From the NCBI GenBank assembly GCA_008632985.1, contig QPGO01000008.1:662979-726978 (forward strand): 64,000 nucleotides of DNA, read 5' to 3'. The DNA is from Psammoneis japonica. Taxonomy: Eukaryota. Made by a program: the position numbers and the translations under genes. The first letter of the stretch is position 1, and every line of letters begins with the position of its first letter. Positions 23,584-36,681 of the stretch are shown here, one piece after another. The notes below the pieces were generated by a model. That model worked only from the letters and a program-made list of their open reading frames with translations. It was not told where the DNA came from and did not search any database.

Positions 23584-25207
23584 ATGGCTACAACGATGGC
23601 ATATCTAATGTTTGACGAGCGAATGTTGCTTCACAAGCCGTGCGGTTGGCCGGGACTCGAGTATGGAAAGTGGCCACAATGTTCTGAAGATGTACCAGAT
23701 GGCTACCCATTTGAAAATCCAGAGCGAATACGTCACATTTGCAAAAGACTTCTGGAGACAGAGCGGCGGTTGTGTGCAGACGGACAAAGGCGGTTCATGC
23801 CCTTGCAGTGCCAGCCCGTCCAAAAAGAAACAGCTCTTTTGGTGCATTCAAAGACTCATTTCGAGAAACTTGAACAAACTTCAGTTGCAACAGACGAGGA
23901 GTTAGACAATCTTTCTCAGCTCGACGAAGATATTTACTATTGTCGAGACACGTTCTTAGCAGCAACGTTGGCTTGTGGTGGTGTAGTCTCGTGTGTTGAT
24001 GCCGTCACACGTAGCGAAGTTGAAGGTTCGGACAATGTCACACGCGCCATTGCTGTTGTCCGACCGCCGGGCCATCACGCATGCCAAGGAGAAGCCATGG
24101 GTGAGCTTTATGGGAAAAGTCGCGCAATGGAAACAGAAATATAGGTTGCCAGCAGTCTCACCGATTTCATTGAACTCTTCGTCTCTTTGTTTAGGTTTCT
24201 GCTTTCTAAACAGCGTCGCGGTTGCTGCCAAGCACGCTCTTTCAACTGGTCGAGCAAAACGAGTGGTTATTCTGGATTGGGATGTACACCACGGAAATTC
24301 CACACAAGATCTAACCTATGATGATCCCAACATACTCTACATGTCCCTCCATCGCTTTGCCCCGCCTGGTGAATACTTCTTTCCTAGCACGGGCACTCAC
24401 CGGGAGATTGGAACTGGCAGTTCGCTCGGGACCAACATCAATATTCCTTGGACAAGTGGTGTCGGCAACTGCGAGTACGCAGCAGCGTTTAGCAGCATTG
24501 TACTTCCAGCATTGGCTAGCTTCTCACCTGACTTGGTTCTTGTCAGCTGCGGGCTTGATGCCGCGAGAGGCGACCTGTTGGGGGGTTGCGATCTGACTCC
24601 CGACATGTTTTACGCCATGACACGAAGTGTATTGGAAGCATCTGGTCCTCAAGTTCCGATTGTTGTAGCTCTGGAAGGAGGTTACAATATCGACGTAATT
24701 GCAGAATGCATGGAAGCAGTGTCAATGGCCTTGTTGGACGAGAAATGCTTTCAGGGCGAACTGCTCGATCGAGACGCGAGCAGTACTGGAGATGCCCTCC
24801 ATGTCGTTTCTGAAAACGACGCACCAGTAACCAATACTCTGACCGAGGTGCAATTTGATACTAAGGAACATGAACCTCCTACACCCCCAACGGATGAATT
24901 TGTACAAGAAGTAAAAGGTGTTGCCGAGAGAATACAAACAGGCCAACAGGTCCTTTCTCCGTATTGGCGAAGCGGCATCTCACGAAAGAACGCATGCATC
25001 ATCAATAAAACTATTGATGCTCTTGAAAAGGCCCCATTTTGGACTGAGAAACAAGTCTTTCAGAAAGTTGCTTCCACTCCCACACCGAAAAACTCTGATG
25101 GTGGCTCCTCAAGAATATCGAGAACTACCAGATCGAGCAGCAGGAACTCCAAAGACAAGGACGACATGGACAGTCTAGACGATGTGTTTCAGAGTCTAAA
25201 CTTGTAA
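23584..25207 (+). CDS. Class II histone deacetylase (HDA1/HDAC6-like catalytic domain), exons 23584-24100 and 24195-25207
   Basis: Motifs ENPERI, RPPGHHA, MG|FCFLN, ILDWDVHHGN, SLHR, SCGLDAARGD and LEGGY. Intron at 24101-24194. Confidence 0.93.
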
Positions 25208-25347
25208 ATGCCCAAACCAAATGTTTGCCGGTAGCCCTAGCTACTAGACGTAGATTACACATCTTGTCGACCAAAAGGCTACATACTATACTTCTAGTCT
25301 CCTAATACACAGGCTTGTCAATTATCATCTGCATCTACAGTATCAAA

Positions 25348-26265
25348 TCAAGTTTCCATATCCTGGACCCCATCATCATCCTTGGTTTCCTCTTCCTCCT
25401 CGGCATCATCTTCATCATCTCCCCCCTGCTGCAATTCAAGACGGTCCAAGTAGGGTTGCAAATCATCTCCTTCCAAGAGCGTGAACTTTTCGTCCTTACC
25501 CAGAATGGCAATACTTCCATTTTCCTTAGTAAGCTCGTCATCTCCTGAGACACAGCCCACAAGCGCCTGAAGGGCGTGCACAATGAGATCTTCTCGTGAG
25601 CAAGTCTCGTATGCATCCGCGTGCTTCTCGAGATACGTACGGGCACTTTGACTGCGTGCTCCAATAGCACTCGCGTAAAATTCATAAAGGTTACCCGACG
25701 GACACGTCTGGTATAGATGAGGCGTTCCGGTTCGTTCATCCACAGACGCCACCAAGAGTCCGACACCGTAGGGACGTCTCACGTAGGTCTGCGTGCATCG
25801 CTGGTGCTTGTCTGACAAGTCCGACATGAGAAGATGTGGAGGATGGGCCGTCCCGTACACGTATTTGTGGTTGAGACACTCGTTTCGCATATACTTGGCT
25901 AGTGACCTTGCGTCTGCCGTTAAACCCGCCATGGCCATGCCAATGTGGTCGTCAATCTCGAGCAACTTTTTCTGATGCGAGCTCAGCTCAGATACGGACC
26001 TCTTGATGGCGCCCAGTACTGCGTGACTGGAGGAGCGAATGCCGACACAAGCAGATCCCTGCTTTACCGATTCCATGGCGTATTCGACCTGAAGATTAAA
26101 CGTAGCAGTAGGTGGGAAAGACAGGTTAATTCAACAGATTGAAGCACAAAAATACCCTTGTAGCCACGGCGGAGGCAGCACCACGCAACAACGAAGAATT
26201 ACCTGTAGCAGACGTCCCTCTGGACTCCATACCGTCACATCGGTATCATACTGATTACGAAACAT
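25348..26265 (-). CDS. PSMA1: 20S proteasome subunit alpha type-1 (alpha6), exons 26265-26203 and 26088-25348
   Basis: [43 protein letters not shown] and [14 protein letters not shown]. Confidence 0.95.
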
Positions 26266-26616
26266 GGTCAATTATAAGTGAAGGGACAGGCGAGACTGAT
26301 GATGATATGAGAACAACTTCAACAGGTGCGGTTGCCAAGCCTCGTCTTTGTCATCGCCGCCAGCAGGATCGCATCCGCCCGAGCTTTTCGTTTCGGTTCT
26401 GGACTCTTCCTGGTCCGTCCGTCGTCAAACCCTTGTAACCTGCTGATCAGTAATAAAACGTATATAAACTTGAATACAAATATAATGTTTGTGGGTTCGC
26501 CCACCGCGAACCGCGCGACTGTTGGATGCAACCAAACCAAACCCGAGAAATCAAAATGGCGTCAGTTTTCTTTTTGCATTAGATAGAGAACCCAAACTAT
26601 CACTGTGAAGAGAAAG

Positions 26617-29072
26617 ATGCCCGCCCTGTACCTGTTTGGTCATCGGACGATCGCAGCAGGCGACGATTTGCGCGTCAATAGCATTTCAATTATTCTCTTT
26701 CGAGTGTTTCAGCTTTGTCTCATTGTCGCGCTCTTGGTGCGAGCGTTGGATTTCGAAAGGCAGAAGTTCGAAGAGTGTCGGGGCTCGGGGAAATATGGTT
26801 CCTTGGTAGAGAGTGCAAGTGCCATGTTCTACACGTATTGGTGTTTTTCCGTTGCTCTGATGATTCTGAGCGTTGTGGTAGAAGTGGGTATATGGAGAAC
26901 AAGCGTTCAAGGAACTCCGACTCAGCCGGAAAAGAGACAGCGGCTCGTTCCGCTTTGCAAGATTAAATTCATTGTCACTACGATCTTTAGAATAGTTCTG
27001 TGTACCCTGGGGCTGATTCTATTCACGATCGCCAAGGATTATTGCGATTGTGTTGCAGAATCTCAAGCTCAGCAAGATGCGGCGAGGTTCTTGGTTGATT
27101 TTCAGAAGGAGTGTGCAGACTATGACAACCTTTACACGGTCTTGGCCGTTCTGGTTTTTACACACTTTTTGGAGTTGTGTTTCTCGGGCGTACTCGTTCT
27201 TTGGCTCTTGTTTTCTACCGTGCGACCAAGACATCGAGCCGGGGCACTGCTCGGTCAATTCGTACCCATGTCGAGTGAACAGCGTTGGATGCATATATGC
27301 CGGTGCTGCTGCACATGCACGTCTCTCCTCACCTGTTGCTTGTTTGGAGGAGGGGATACATTCAATGACGATTTTTCAGACATTTCCATTGCGTTGGCAC
27401 ATTACTTTAACAGCGAAGTTGAAATGGATGTTACTGTGTCTGACATTGTTGTGGGCCTCATCATGTTGCTGCGCATGCAAGAGCAACGAAGGCTGGATTG
27501 CACCAAGTCTCTACTAGGAGAAAGAGAGACGCTGGACGAAGACAACCAAGACAAAGATTTGCCTCTGCTGGAGGAGGGGGCTCTGGAAGTGGAATACGGA
27601 GATAGTCAAGAGGACGTCGATGACGACGGGGAAAGTAGCAGCCAACAAAGAGCAAAGACCCGAAGGACAAACACCTACTACAAACGACGACCAGAATCGG
27701 GGCTTGAATATGAACCCTTTGTTCGAAATCTACTTTCTCATCATAATCAAGAGGACGTATCGACGATCGCAGAGGGAGCTCGTTTACTTGATTTTTCAAT
27801 TGCAATCTATGCTTGGATAATGTACTTCAAGAATCACACATGCTCCGCACATTTTACCTTTGTTGGATCATGGTTGTGGGACATGCTTCGCTGCTCTCGA
27901 TATTCATGGAGATGTGAGTCGAAGCCCGGGATTATTGGGGACAACTACTGTGGTTGGAATGAGACTGCCCTTGCAAAGGAAGCAGGAATCGAGGATTCTG
28001 ATATTGCCTATGCGCAGTTTCGCGTCGGTGTTGCAGTGACTCCGTATTGTATCGCGATTGACCATTCGTGCAAATCCATTGTGCTTGCCATCCGAGGAAC
28101 GCTGTCATTAGATGATGTGGCTGCTGACCTTAACATAACGCCAACAGCGCTCGCAAACGTGGGACAACGCTGCGGTTTTGATGGTGAAGACGACTACTGC
28201 CATGCCGGTTTTCTTGCTTGTGCAGAATGGATTTACTCGGATCTTGAAAGGTAGACGAGGCTGGAAGTCTTTGAATGTTGTTTGTCATCTCTAGTGTATT
28301 TTTCTCACTTTCTTTCGATATCCCTCTTAGCCACAAAATCCTTGACGTCCTGCTCTTGGGTGACGCACAAAAGTATCCAGGGTACAAATTCCGGCTTACT
28401 GGCCATAGCCTTGGCGCTGGGATTTCGTCAGTCCTGGCTTTAATGTTGCGCAGCAAATACCCTGACTTGCGTTGTGTTTGCTTCGAGCCACCTGGTTGTG
28501 TCTTGTCAATGAGATCTGCAAAGGCGTGCAGTAATTTCGTTACGTCGTTTGTGCACGATGCGGATATTATCAGTCGATTGTCACTTCACTCGATGGATAA
28601 TCTGCGGAGCGACGTCCTTGAGATGATATCACGAATAAAAGTGCCAAAGCATAAGGTCTTAGACAGCCGCTTTGCTTTGCGACGCAAAAGCGTTGTGGAG
28701 CTTAATGACGAACAGCTTCATAGAAGGCAAAGCACGCCAGAGTCCGAGTTTACTAGACAACTTGCCCAGTTCAAGGAACATCAATTGAACAGCAGAAGGA
28801 ATCGCGAGATAGACGTTGCTTTGTATCCACCTGGGAAGATTGTCCTCATGTTCCGAAATGAAGAGCCAAAGTCTTCTCTGCGACGCATGTGTGCACCTCC
28901 AATGCAATACACAGCTCAGTGGTCAATGAACGATGATTTGAACGAAATCCTCGTGTCGTCGCATATGATAACCGATCACGATGGCTCAAACGTCCGTTTC
29001 GCTCTTGGGCAGCTTGCATCGGAATTCGGTTTGGAGCCACCTTACGTAGTCGATGAAAGTTTGAGACTTTGA
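26617..29072 (+). CDS. sn1-specific diacylglycerol lipase (DAGL-like), 4 TM plus class 3 lipase, exons 26617-28250 and 28331-29072
   Basis: MPALYLFGHR..AGDD N-terminus, four hydrophobic helices, AIRGTLS, CHAG, TGHSLGAG, LYPPG and TDH. Intron at 28251-28330. Confidence 0.92.
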
Positions 29073-29097
29073 AATGCTGGTTGTGCAGATAATAGTA

Positions 29098-29713
29098 GAT
29101 CGACAGCGTAGATCACACTACGAGTGTTTTCTAACAACGATAATAACGACATAAAATGGGATAAAGCATTCAGAAACAGCTGGCTTCGAGTTACTTCTAG
29201 AATAGTTGCTTTACCCCCACCCAGCCAATCACAACTTCGATGCTAAAGATCACGAGGCATATCTATGGAACCCTGTTTGTCAAAGAATATAATGTCCATA
29301 AAAGTGATCGACAGCGTAGATCACACTACGAATGCTTTCTAGCAACGATAAAACGGCATGAAAAGAGATAAAGCATTCAGAAACAGCTGGCTTCGAGTTG
29401 CTTCTAGAATAGTTGCTTTACCCCCACGCACCCAATCACAACTTCTATCCAAAAGATCATGAGGCATATCTATGGAACCCTCTTTGTCAAAGAATATCAT
29501 GTCCATAAAAGTGATCGACAGCGTAGATCACACTAAGAATGCTTTCTAGCAACGATAACGACATGAAAAGAGATAAAGCATTCAGAAACAGCTGGCTTCG
29601 AGTTGCTTCTAGAATAGTTGCTTTACCCCCACGCACCCAATCACAACTTCTATCCTAAAGATCATGAGGCATATCTATGGAACCCTGTTTGTCAAAGAAT
29701 ACCATGTCCATAA
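29098..29713. repeat. Tandem repeat, three copies of ~207 bp
   Basis: GATCGACAGCGTAGATCACACTA begins at 29098, 29306 and 29513. The units are highly similar throughout. Confidence 0.95.
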
Positions 29714-30569
29714 CGTGGTTTTCGCTGCTCTGAGTAGATTCCGGTCGCACGTACCATAATTCTTTCTTTCTTCCCCTACTCTGTCGCGACAGTACAGGCA
29801 TCAGGTCACCGTTTGAACTGCTCGTAGAGCAAACCAAACGATTCGGATGCCACTTTCTTTGATCAGGTATCGAATTGGTGTCGTTTACTTCGTTCGCGTT
29901 GGAGTCGTTTCCCGGTGTATCGATTTGTGGTTTTTGGTACCTGGCTTTCTCGCTAGTGGACCTTGGGAAAGGTGAAAAATCAGTTCCATCCTGTAGTGAT
30001 TCCTCATTTGTGTCGAGTTTTGATCTAGTAGAAGAACAGATTAAGCGTCCTGGTGCCCAAGATCTTGAAGATGGGAGGTCTTCTTTCAGTTCCTCTGGCC
30101 AGTCCGGTGACCATTGCTGCTCTGCCTCTGCGTTCTGGAGTCTCTCACGATCAACATTAAATCTGTGACCTTCAAGGGTCACTTCCTGTTCAGGCTTCGA
30201 GCTGTCAATCATTGCTACGTCATGCGATTGCTGACTAACCGTGGCTGCAGTGAAATCGTCGCCATACACATTTCCACTCAACGGGTTGATACAAGCCAAA
30301 CGCTTTGGATTCCACTTGCGTGAAAGCTTGTCAGGCGAGGTTCGTTTGTCTCTGTGTGATTTACCATTATCGTAGCTATCCCCGGGAAGTCCTAGGGACA
30401 CTGACGCCAATGCCCGGGGTTCGTTCGGTCTGCTGGGTCCAGCATCATAACTTCGAAGCAGGTCCGACGACGCCTCTTCACTTAAATCTTCACTTAAACA
30501 ATGAGAAAAAAATGTTTCTCTGAACTGCTTCTCACCACTGACTGGGTGGTAATTGTACCTGCTTGACAT
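29655..30569 (-). CDS. Hypothetical low-complexity protein with three WxPxRLxC motifs
   Basis: 304 aa ATG-started ORF containing RKWNPKRLAC, RSWAPGRLIC and RKWHPNRLVC. Confidence 0.7.
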   Translation of the reverse strand: MSSRYNYHPVSGEKQFRETFFSHCLSEDLSEEASSDLLRSYDAGPSRPNEPRALASVSLGLPGDSYDNGKSHRDKRTSPDKLSRKWNPKRLACINPLSGNVYGDDFTAATVSQQSHDVAMIDSSKPEQEVTLEGHRFNVDRERLQNAEAEQQWSPDWPEELKEDLPSSRSWAPGRLICSSTRSKLDTNEESLQDGTDFSPFPRSTSEKARYQKPQIDTPGNDSNANEVNDTNSIPDQRKWHPNRLVCSTSSSNGDLMPVLSRQSRGRKKELWYVRPESTQSSENHVMDMVFFDKQGSIDMPHDL

Positions 30570-31323
30570 TGTTGTTCTCCTGAGAAGTCAATTCCTTAGC
30601 AAGAGAAGCGAGCTTGCGTTGTAAATTATACTACTGGGTGGTAAATTCAAGAGCCGCCTGCCGTCTGACAACTGCAAAAGGTAATGCCGTGTAGCAAAGA
30701 TGTTCGATGTTCCTGAGCCCTAAGCTCCTGAGCTCCTCACAATGAAACAAGCTTCCCGCGCACCACACCTGCTTGAAATGGCAACAGTGATGTCTCTTGC
30801 TGAAAGACGAAACGAACAGAGGTGCTATCAGGCAATGACGAAATACACCCCAAGATGAACAGGGTGGAATAAATGGCAACAACGCAGAGATAGAAGAATG
30901 AAAAATCGAAAATTTTGGACGTCATCATAATATATATCGCATCCATGCACATATAATGCTATTTTATTCAACATACTAAAAAGACCTATTTTTAGAATAT
31001 TAATTGATAAATAATAAATATATTAATATTATATTTATTATTCGGAACATGGAATGTTCACAAATTCCGATAGTAAGCATGCCGCCGCCCGCGCTTTTTG
31101 GCGTCTGCTGCCTTTGCGCTTCATCTCGATCGATCATCGTGCCATCAAATTATTTGTGTTTTGTGGTTTGTCGATGACATTCGACATTGCCACGGTGCGG
31201 TGTTATCAATGATACTCTCTCTCTACTCTACTCTCTAGAAAGAGCCGACACTTGTTCGTTGTTAGTTCGTGGTTCTATTATACAACATCCGAAGCGTTCT
31301 AGAAGTACCTGATATTCATCACA

Positions 31324-33423
31324 ATGTCACGAAACAATGCAGACACAATTTCGCCTCCTTCTACCGATAAATCCAAAGCTTCCTTGGATCAGGAAGTGCA
31401 AAACGTTCTTTCATTAATGATGTTGCGACGGAGAGGAGAGGCCAGCGACGAAGCGGTGGAGGCTGCGGTAGGGAGTATGTTGGCAAGGTCGAATATTTCG
31501 GCTGCACCGCAGAAAAGGCCTGCGTTGAAGCAGAAGGAAAAGGCGAAAAAACACGAAACGATAGTGATGGATAACGAAATGTACGATGACCTCGACGCTG
31601 ATGTCGGACCTGTGTCTCAAACGAGGGTTTCTGACACAGCTCAAGATGACGATAAGGCACCCTCTCTAAAATCGGCATGGCAGGGAAAGACGTCCACGGT
31701 TGAGTCGGTTCGAAAGCAGATAGATGACTCGCCCGAAGATCCTATGGATGAGATTCCTCTTGGCAAACTGGGGGCACGTATGATGATTGCCTTTGGTGAT
31801 GGCAGAAATCCGAAGCCTGAGGCTGTGTCTGCTACACTCTTGGTACGTCGGTACCTTATTTCATGCTGCATCAGATCTTGTCGATAGCTCTGCCACCTTT
31901 GGCTAACACATGTTCTTTCACTACCGGTAGGGTGCTCGGCGGTGTCTACAAATGGCCATTAAAGATGCGCGGGCACTTAGACGTCAAGCGAAATCGGAAT
32001 ATCTTCGAGCACGAGCGGTTGTCAAGCAAGGAAAGCAAAGTCTCAAAAAATCAGATCTGGAGTTAATGGCTAGCAATCACGAAGAAGTTGCGCCTGAGGT
32101 GCTATATCGAGCCATGAATGGATATGACCGATTGTCGTATGATCCAAGGTGTGGCTTTGACTTTCAGCAGCTTCAACAATTGTTCCCAGAAGAAATGAAT
32201 GCTTACGAGCGATGGACAAAGGTATGTTTTGCATGTGTATGCTTCTGCTTTATTTGAAGAAAAGGATAGGACTTGGTGCAGCTGTACTGTGTCTCAGTCA
32301 GTTTTTGTTTCTAAGATGCACAAGTCATACGTCGAGAGCAAAGATACAAATGCTATCTCATCGACATCAGACATCCAGGAAGATCCAAAGAATAATGACG
32401 ATGGCGGGGGCGAAGCGAAGAAAAACCAAGCAAGGCATTCCCCATTGGTGGAGGGACATCTTACGGATCGGCTGGCTCAGTTTGACACTCGGACGGAACA
32501 AATGAAGAACGATTGGTACCTAAAGTTCTCCGAGATACGACGAGGCTCCTTCTTACCAACACGCGGCAAGAAAACGGTCGAAGGCAAGAAATGGGACGAA
32601 CATCGGAAACAAAACAAGAAACGTGGTCGACAGCCTTCGTCTTGGGAAGCACTGCCGGCTTCGATGGTTCAGTTTCTTCATTGGATCGGCTTTGATCATC
32701 GTTCAGCATTGCCTCCACCTAACGAAGAAACCACACAAGCCTTGGGATTCTTGGCGCACGATTTCTTTGGCCGAATTGTAGAAAAGGTAAACCGACATGG
32801 ATGTGTTTATGCGCTTAGCTGGTTGTTGACGTTCCATAACCATTTGGCTTGTTTTGAAATAGGCGATCTATCTACGAAGTATAAAAAATCACGATCCTTC
32901 TGATGAAACCAAGCTAGTTTTGGAGCTGAAGGACGGGGAACAGTTGGACGCTGAAGATATTGAGAGGTAAGCACAGTTGTCGCGATGTTGTTAGTTTGAC
33001 TGTAACTGCTCTGAGCATTTCTGCTGCTTTGAAAATGTTTAGATCCCTGAATGACACCACAGTAAAGCCGATTCCCTTGTATGGTTCGTCTGGAAACTCT
33101 CAAGTAGCAGCACAGCTATATTTTGGGCCTGGATTTGAAAGTCGGCTTGAAATGGAAATTGATGAGTGAGTAGGTGCGCGACTTCCTTTACTTCCGATTT
33201 GAGGAAAGCTGACTTGTGTTTTCCTTTGTACAGACTGGTTTCTAGACAGCAACAAAAGAAGAAGAAGAAGAAGAAGGTGGAATTGCCGGAAGCCGAAAAA
33301 CTCGTCCGGGAAAAAGAAGATGAACTATTTGAACGATTGAAAGAGCCGCCGGTACTTGGCGGCTACAGGAGCATAATGGAAGATGATAACATATCAGAAA
33401 GCCATGAAAATCCTAGCGAGTAA
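31324..33423 (+). CDS. Spt3/SUPT3H-like SAGA histone-fold subunit, 6 exons (31324-31842, 31931-32221, 32316-32786, 32863-32966, 33043-33165, 33234-33423)
   Basis: ARMMIAFGDGRNP (TAF13/Spt3 N-terminal fold), DRLAQFDTRTEQMKNDWYLKFSEIRRGSF and ALGFLAHDFFGRIVEKA resemble conserved Spt3 blocks. All introns are GT-AG and in frame. Confidence 0.7.
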
Positions 33424-34725
33424 GAGATTTTATTTTTCATTAAAAAGCGATGAGTTACCGGTACCGTATCTATCGTGTCGGTTCGGAAAAAAGATCGAGG
33501 GACAAAGTGTTGTAGTAACTTGTTGGTTTACTAGAGTGGCTTTGCGTCACCTGCTGGCTAGAGAGAGGAACTTGTTCCCTGTAGCTCTATCTAGTTTTTT
33601 AGAGAGAGTAGAGCTACAAGAGAGCAATACTCTCTCTAGTAGTAGTAGAGATAAGTGGCTATCCATACTGGACCAACTGAAGGTTCCAATTTCCAATGCT
33701 GCACCGCGAAACACACTCAAGAGACAACACAAAACACGTCACATGACGAGCTCGCGCACTTCGCGCCAATGGAGTGGCGTACTTTCCAAAATTGCGGTGC
33801 GCAGTACTCGTCTACATACGGACAAATAGTACTAGACTCTACGCACCGAACACAACAAGATTTCACTTCATTACGACAACAGCACGGGAAGTCTATCATG
33901 TCGGGTATATCGACGTTATTGCGCTTCTTGCGTATAAAAAATACATCAATCCACTAATATTACGCATGCGAATTGGATGGGATACAGGATCTTGCAAATC
34001 TGGTGAAAAAATCGTCCCCCCGTGCTTCACCGTGTTAAAAACCCCGTGCTAATCCTCCATAATGAATGAAAATCCAACTTTTCGTCAAAATCTGTTGTCG
34101 CGTGCTCACTTCAGTGCTTCATCAATGCGATCGACCGAGAAAACACAAAATACACCCCAAAAAAGTGAAAAACAACAGTCCCACCGCGGCCAAAACCTCT
34201 ACGTGATTTCAGTACCAAGTTGTACGTGCCAAAAACCCTTCGTCACCAATGGCTCAACCAGCTCCCAAAACAACTCGATCATTGTCATTTGACATTGATA
34301 TCTCATTTCTTATCATATCAGTTGTTGTCTCGGTGCATCATAACCTCCCAGTCCGCTGTCGTTGTTGTGTGCGTCCATTGCCGATGTCGCGGCGTCGTTG
34401 CCGTGATGTTTGTGTGTGAAGTGAATTCAAATAAACATCTCTACGAATTTTGTAGTACATTTTTACGTACGTATATTTTGTGTAGATCAGGTATGCGCAC
34501 CGAATTTTTGAAAGTACGCCACTCCATTGAACAGGGCATCTTGTTGCTCGTGCTCTTCACAATAAGTACGTGAAGGTGCAACTTTTATCCTCAATAGAAA
34601 ATGCCATGATTCCTAATTCCTCCTCCGAACTGCGCTTTCAATGGAACATCATCTTCCACCGCACAGTTTCCGACCAGCTTCATCACATCATCGGCTTTTG
34701 CGTGCATCGCTCAAGCTTGCCATTG

Positions 34726-36126
34726 ATGACACGCAAGATGGTCTTTGCAGCTCACAAACGATTCATTTGTCTTCCATTGCTTTCCATATTATCACTGTTG
34801 GCTTCAAATGTAGTGGCGTTCAGGTGAGCTTTTGTTTTACATCAATCATTGCATTTTGTTGCGATGTCACTGTCCATCCGTCAGCCGCACACGCTTTCGT
34901 TGAACTATCAAGATTCGGATATGGTGCTGCTTGCTCATTTTTTGACATGTGGCAATGCCAAAAGCAAGAGCACTAGGCCTAGAGGAAAAGTCGATGACTT
35001 TCTTCCCTCATCGCTTACCATTGTTTGCTTCACTTTCTTCCAACACAAAATATGAGTAGTTCGTCTGCATTTCTCGGATGCTCCCGCCAGTCAGGAACAC
35101 TCCTGCGACCAGCAGTGCATTTGAGTGTACCTCAATTTTCGGGACACCGTTCTGTCTCGAGCTTGCAGGCGGGGAAGGGGGGTCTTAAGGAGAGCACTGA
35201 GAGCGATGGAAGACCTTCATTGCCATGGCAAAGCGTAAAATACCTTACCGCAGCTGCTGCACTTGCTGCAGCAGTCGCAGTTGCATCTCCTTCCGCTTCC
35301 GAGGCTTCGGTGATTCTGTCAGACTCCTTGAACTCTATAACGGGGGGTGCCAGCTCTTTAGCAACGACGACTTCATCGTTAATCGATAAGCTGTCTGAGA
35401 CAGGGTTTTACCAAGCATTCAGCCTTGTTTTCTTGAGTGAAATTGGTGACAAGACATTTTTTATTGCTGGTCTGTTGGCTATGAAAACTTCAAAACTGAT
35501 CTCCTTCATTGGATCGATTGGCGCTTTGGCTGTAATGACGGTGATTTCGGTTCTCATCGGTCAAATTTTTCATCAAGTTCCTGCCGGAATAGCTCAGGGA
35601 ATTCCTCTGGATGATGTTGCTGCTGTTATCGCGTTTGCTTTCTTTGGAATTAAGACCTTAAAAGACGCTATTGAAATGGATGAAGGGTCAAGCGTAATGG
35701 ATGAAGAGCTGGCAGAAGCTGAAGAAACTGTGGAAGGCAGTGATACCATCAAAAAGGTCACAGGATGGTGAGTAGAGTGCACCGTCGATGCCTCCGTTGC
35801 TCGGACTGGTGTAACGCTGATTCCGCCTCATTTCTACCTGCTGTTCTTGTTTCGCTTCACCTAGGGCTCAGATTGCCAGTATCTTTGGACTAGTGTTTGC
35901 GGCAGAATTTGGAGACCGTTCCTTCCTTGCTACAATCGCTTTGGGAGCAGCACAAAATCCGTTTAGTGTTGCAGCTGGGGCAATTGCTGCCCATGCAATT
36001 GCGACGGGAATTGCGGTAGCAGGTGGCTCATATATAGCCAAATACATATCCGAGAAAGTCATTGGATACATTGGTGGTTCTCTCTTTCTGATATTCGCTG
36101 CCACAACAGCATTTGGCATCTTCTAA
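34726..36126 (+). CDS. GDT1/UPF0016 (TMEM165/PAM71-like) Mn2+/Ca2+ transporter, probably plastid-targeted; exons 34726-34823, 35060-35767, 35865-36126
   Basis: Two ExGD(K/R)(T/S) motifs (EIGDKT, EFGDRS). The upstream exon encodes a signal peptide ending VVAF. Confidence 0.9.
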
Positions 36127-36681
36127 ATCGCGCTACGTCTTACGAGACAATTCATGCATACTTCTTATATCGCTTCACCAGCTTGGTTGCCGGATTGATT
36201 CAGTCTATTGAGAATAGGTCATTCCTGGAACCGCACAATGTACCAAATGAAAGGCATACTTACTCTATAGTACTGTAGGGCGTAGTCTCGACAATATTCT
36301 CTCTACTAGTAGCTCTAGTAGCTAGAGTTTTTTCTTCGTCGTGAAGTGCAAACGAAGGATCTGATGTGTGATGTGACACATGAAATAATGTTGGTACTTA
36401 TACGGAATCTGGAGTTTTGGGTTTCGAGTTCGCTATGTCAGGATTTTGCTGTGCGCGCTTCACGCGCGTGGACCACGTCTTCCCTTCCCCGACGTCGATT
36501 TGACAGCACGCCCAAGTCGTGTTCGCAACCAAACAACGACAGTACTGACTCCTGTACAATTCTACGTGACACGTACGCACTCCACACGCGCTTCCAAATC
36601 GCCCTAATCTTTGGTCACCAATTCACGAAGACGTTGTTGTCGCTGCTTCCTCACATATCTCTCAAATTCGAAGAAACGACG

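Noticed and set aside
29098..29713. CRISPR-like array
   Set aside because: Whole 207-bp units are repeated with no unique spacers, the context is eukaryotic, and there are no cas genes.
30925..31045. AT-rich patch as centromere or origin (also 4780-4890 with a duplicated TATATCAGTTTTCATA)
   Set aside because: Only ~110-120 bp, consistent with ordinary promoter or terminator DNA, and no further support.
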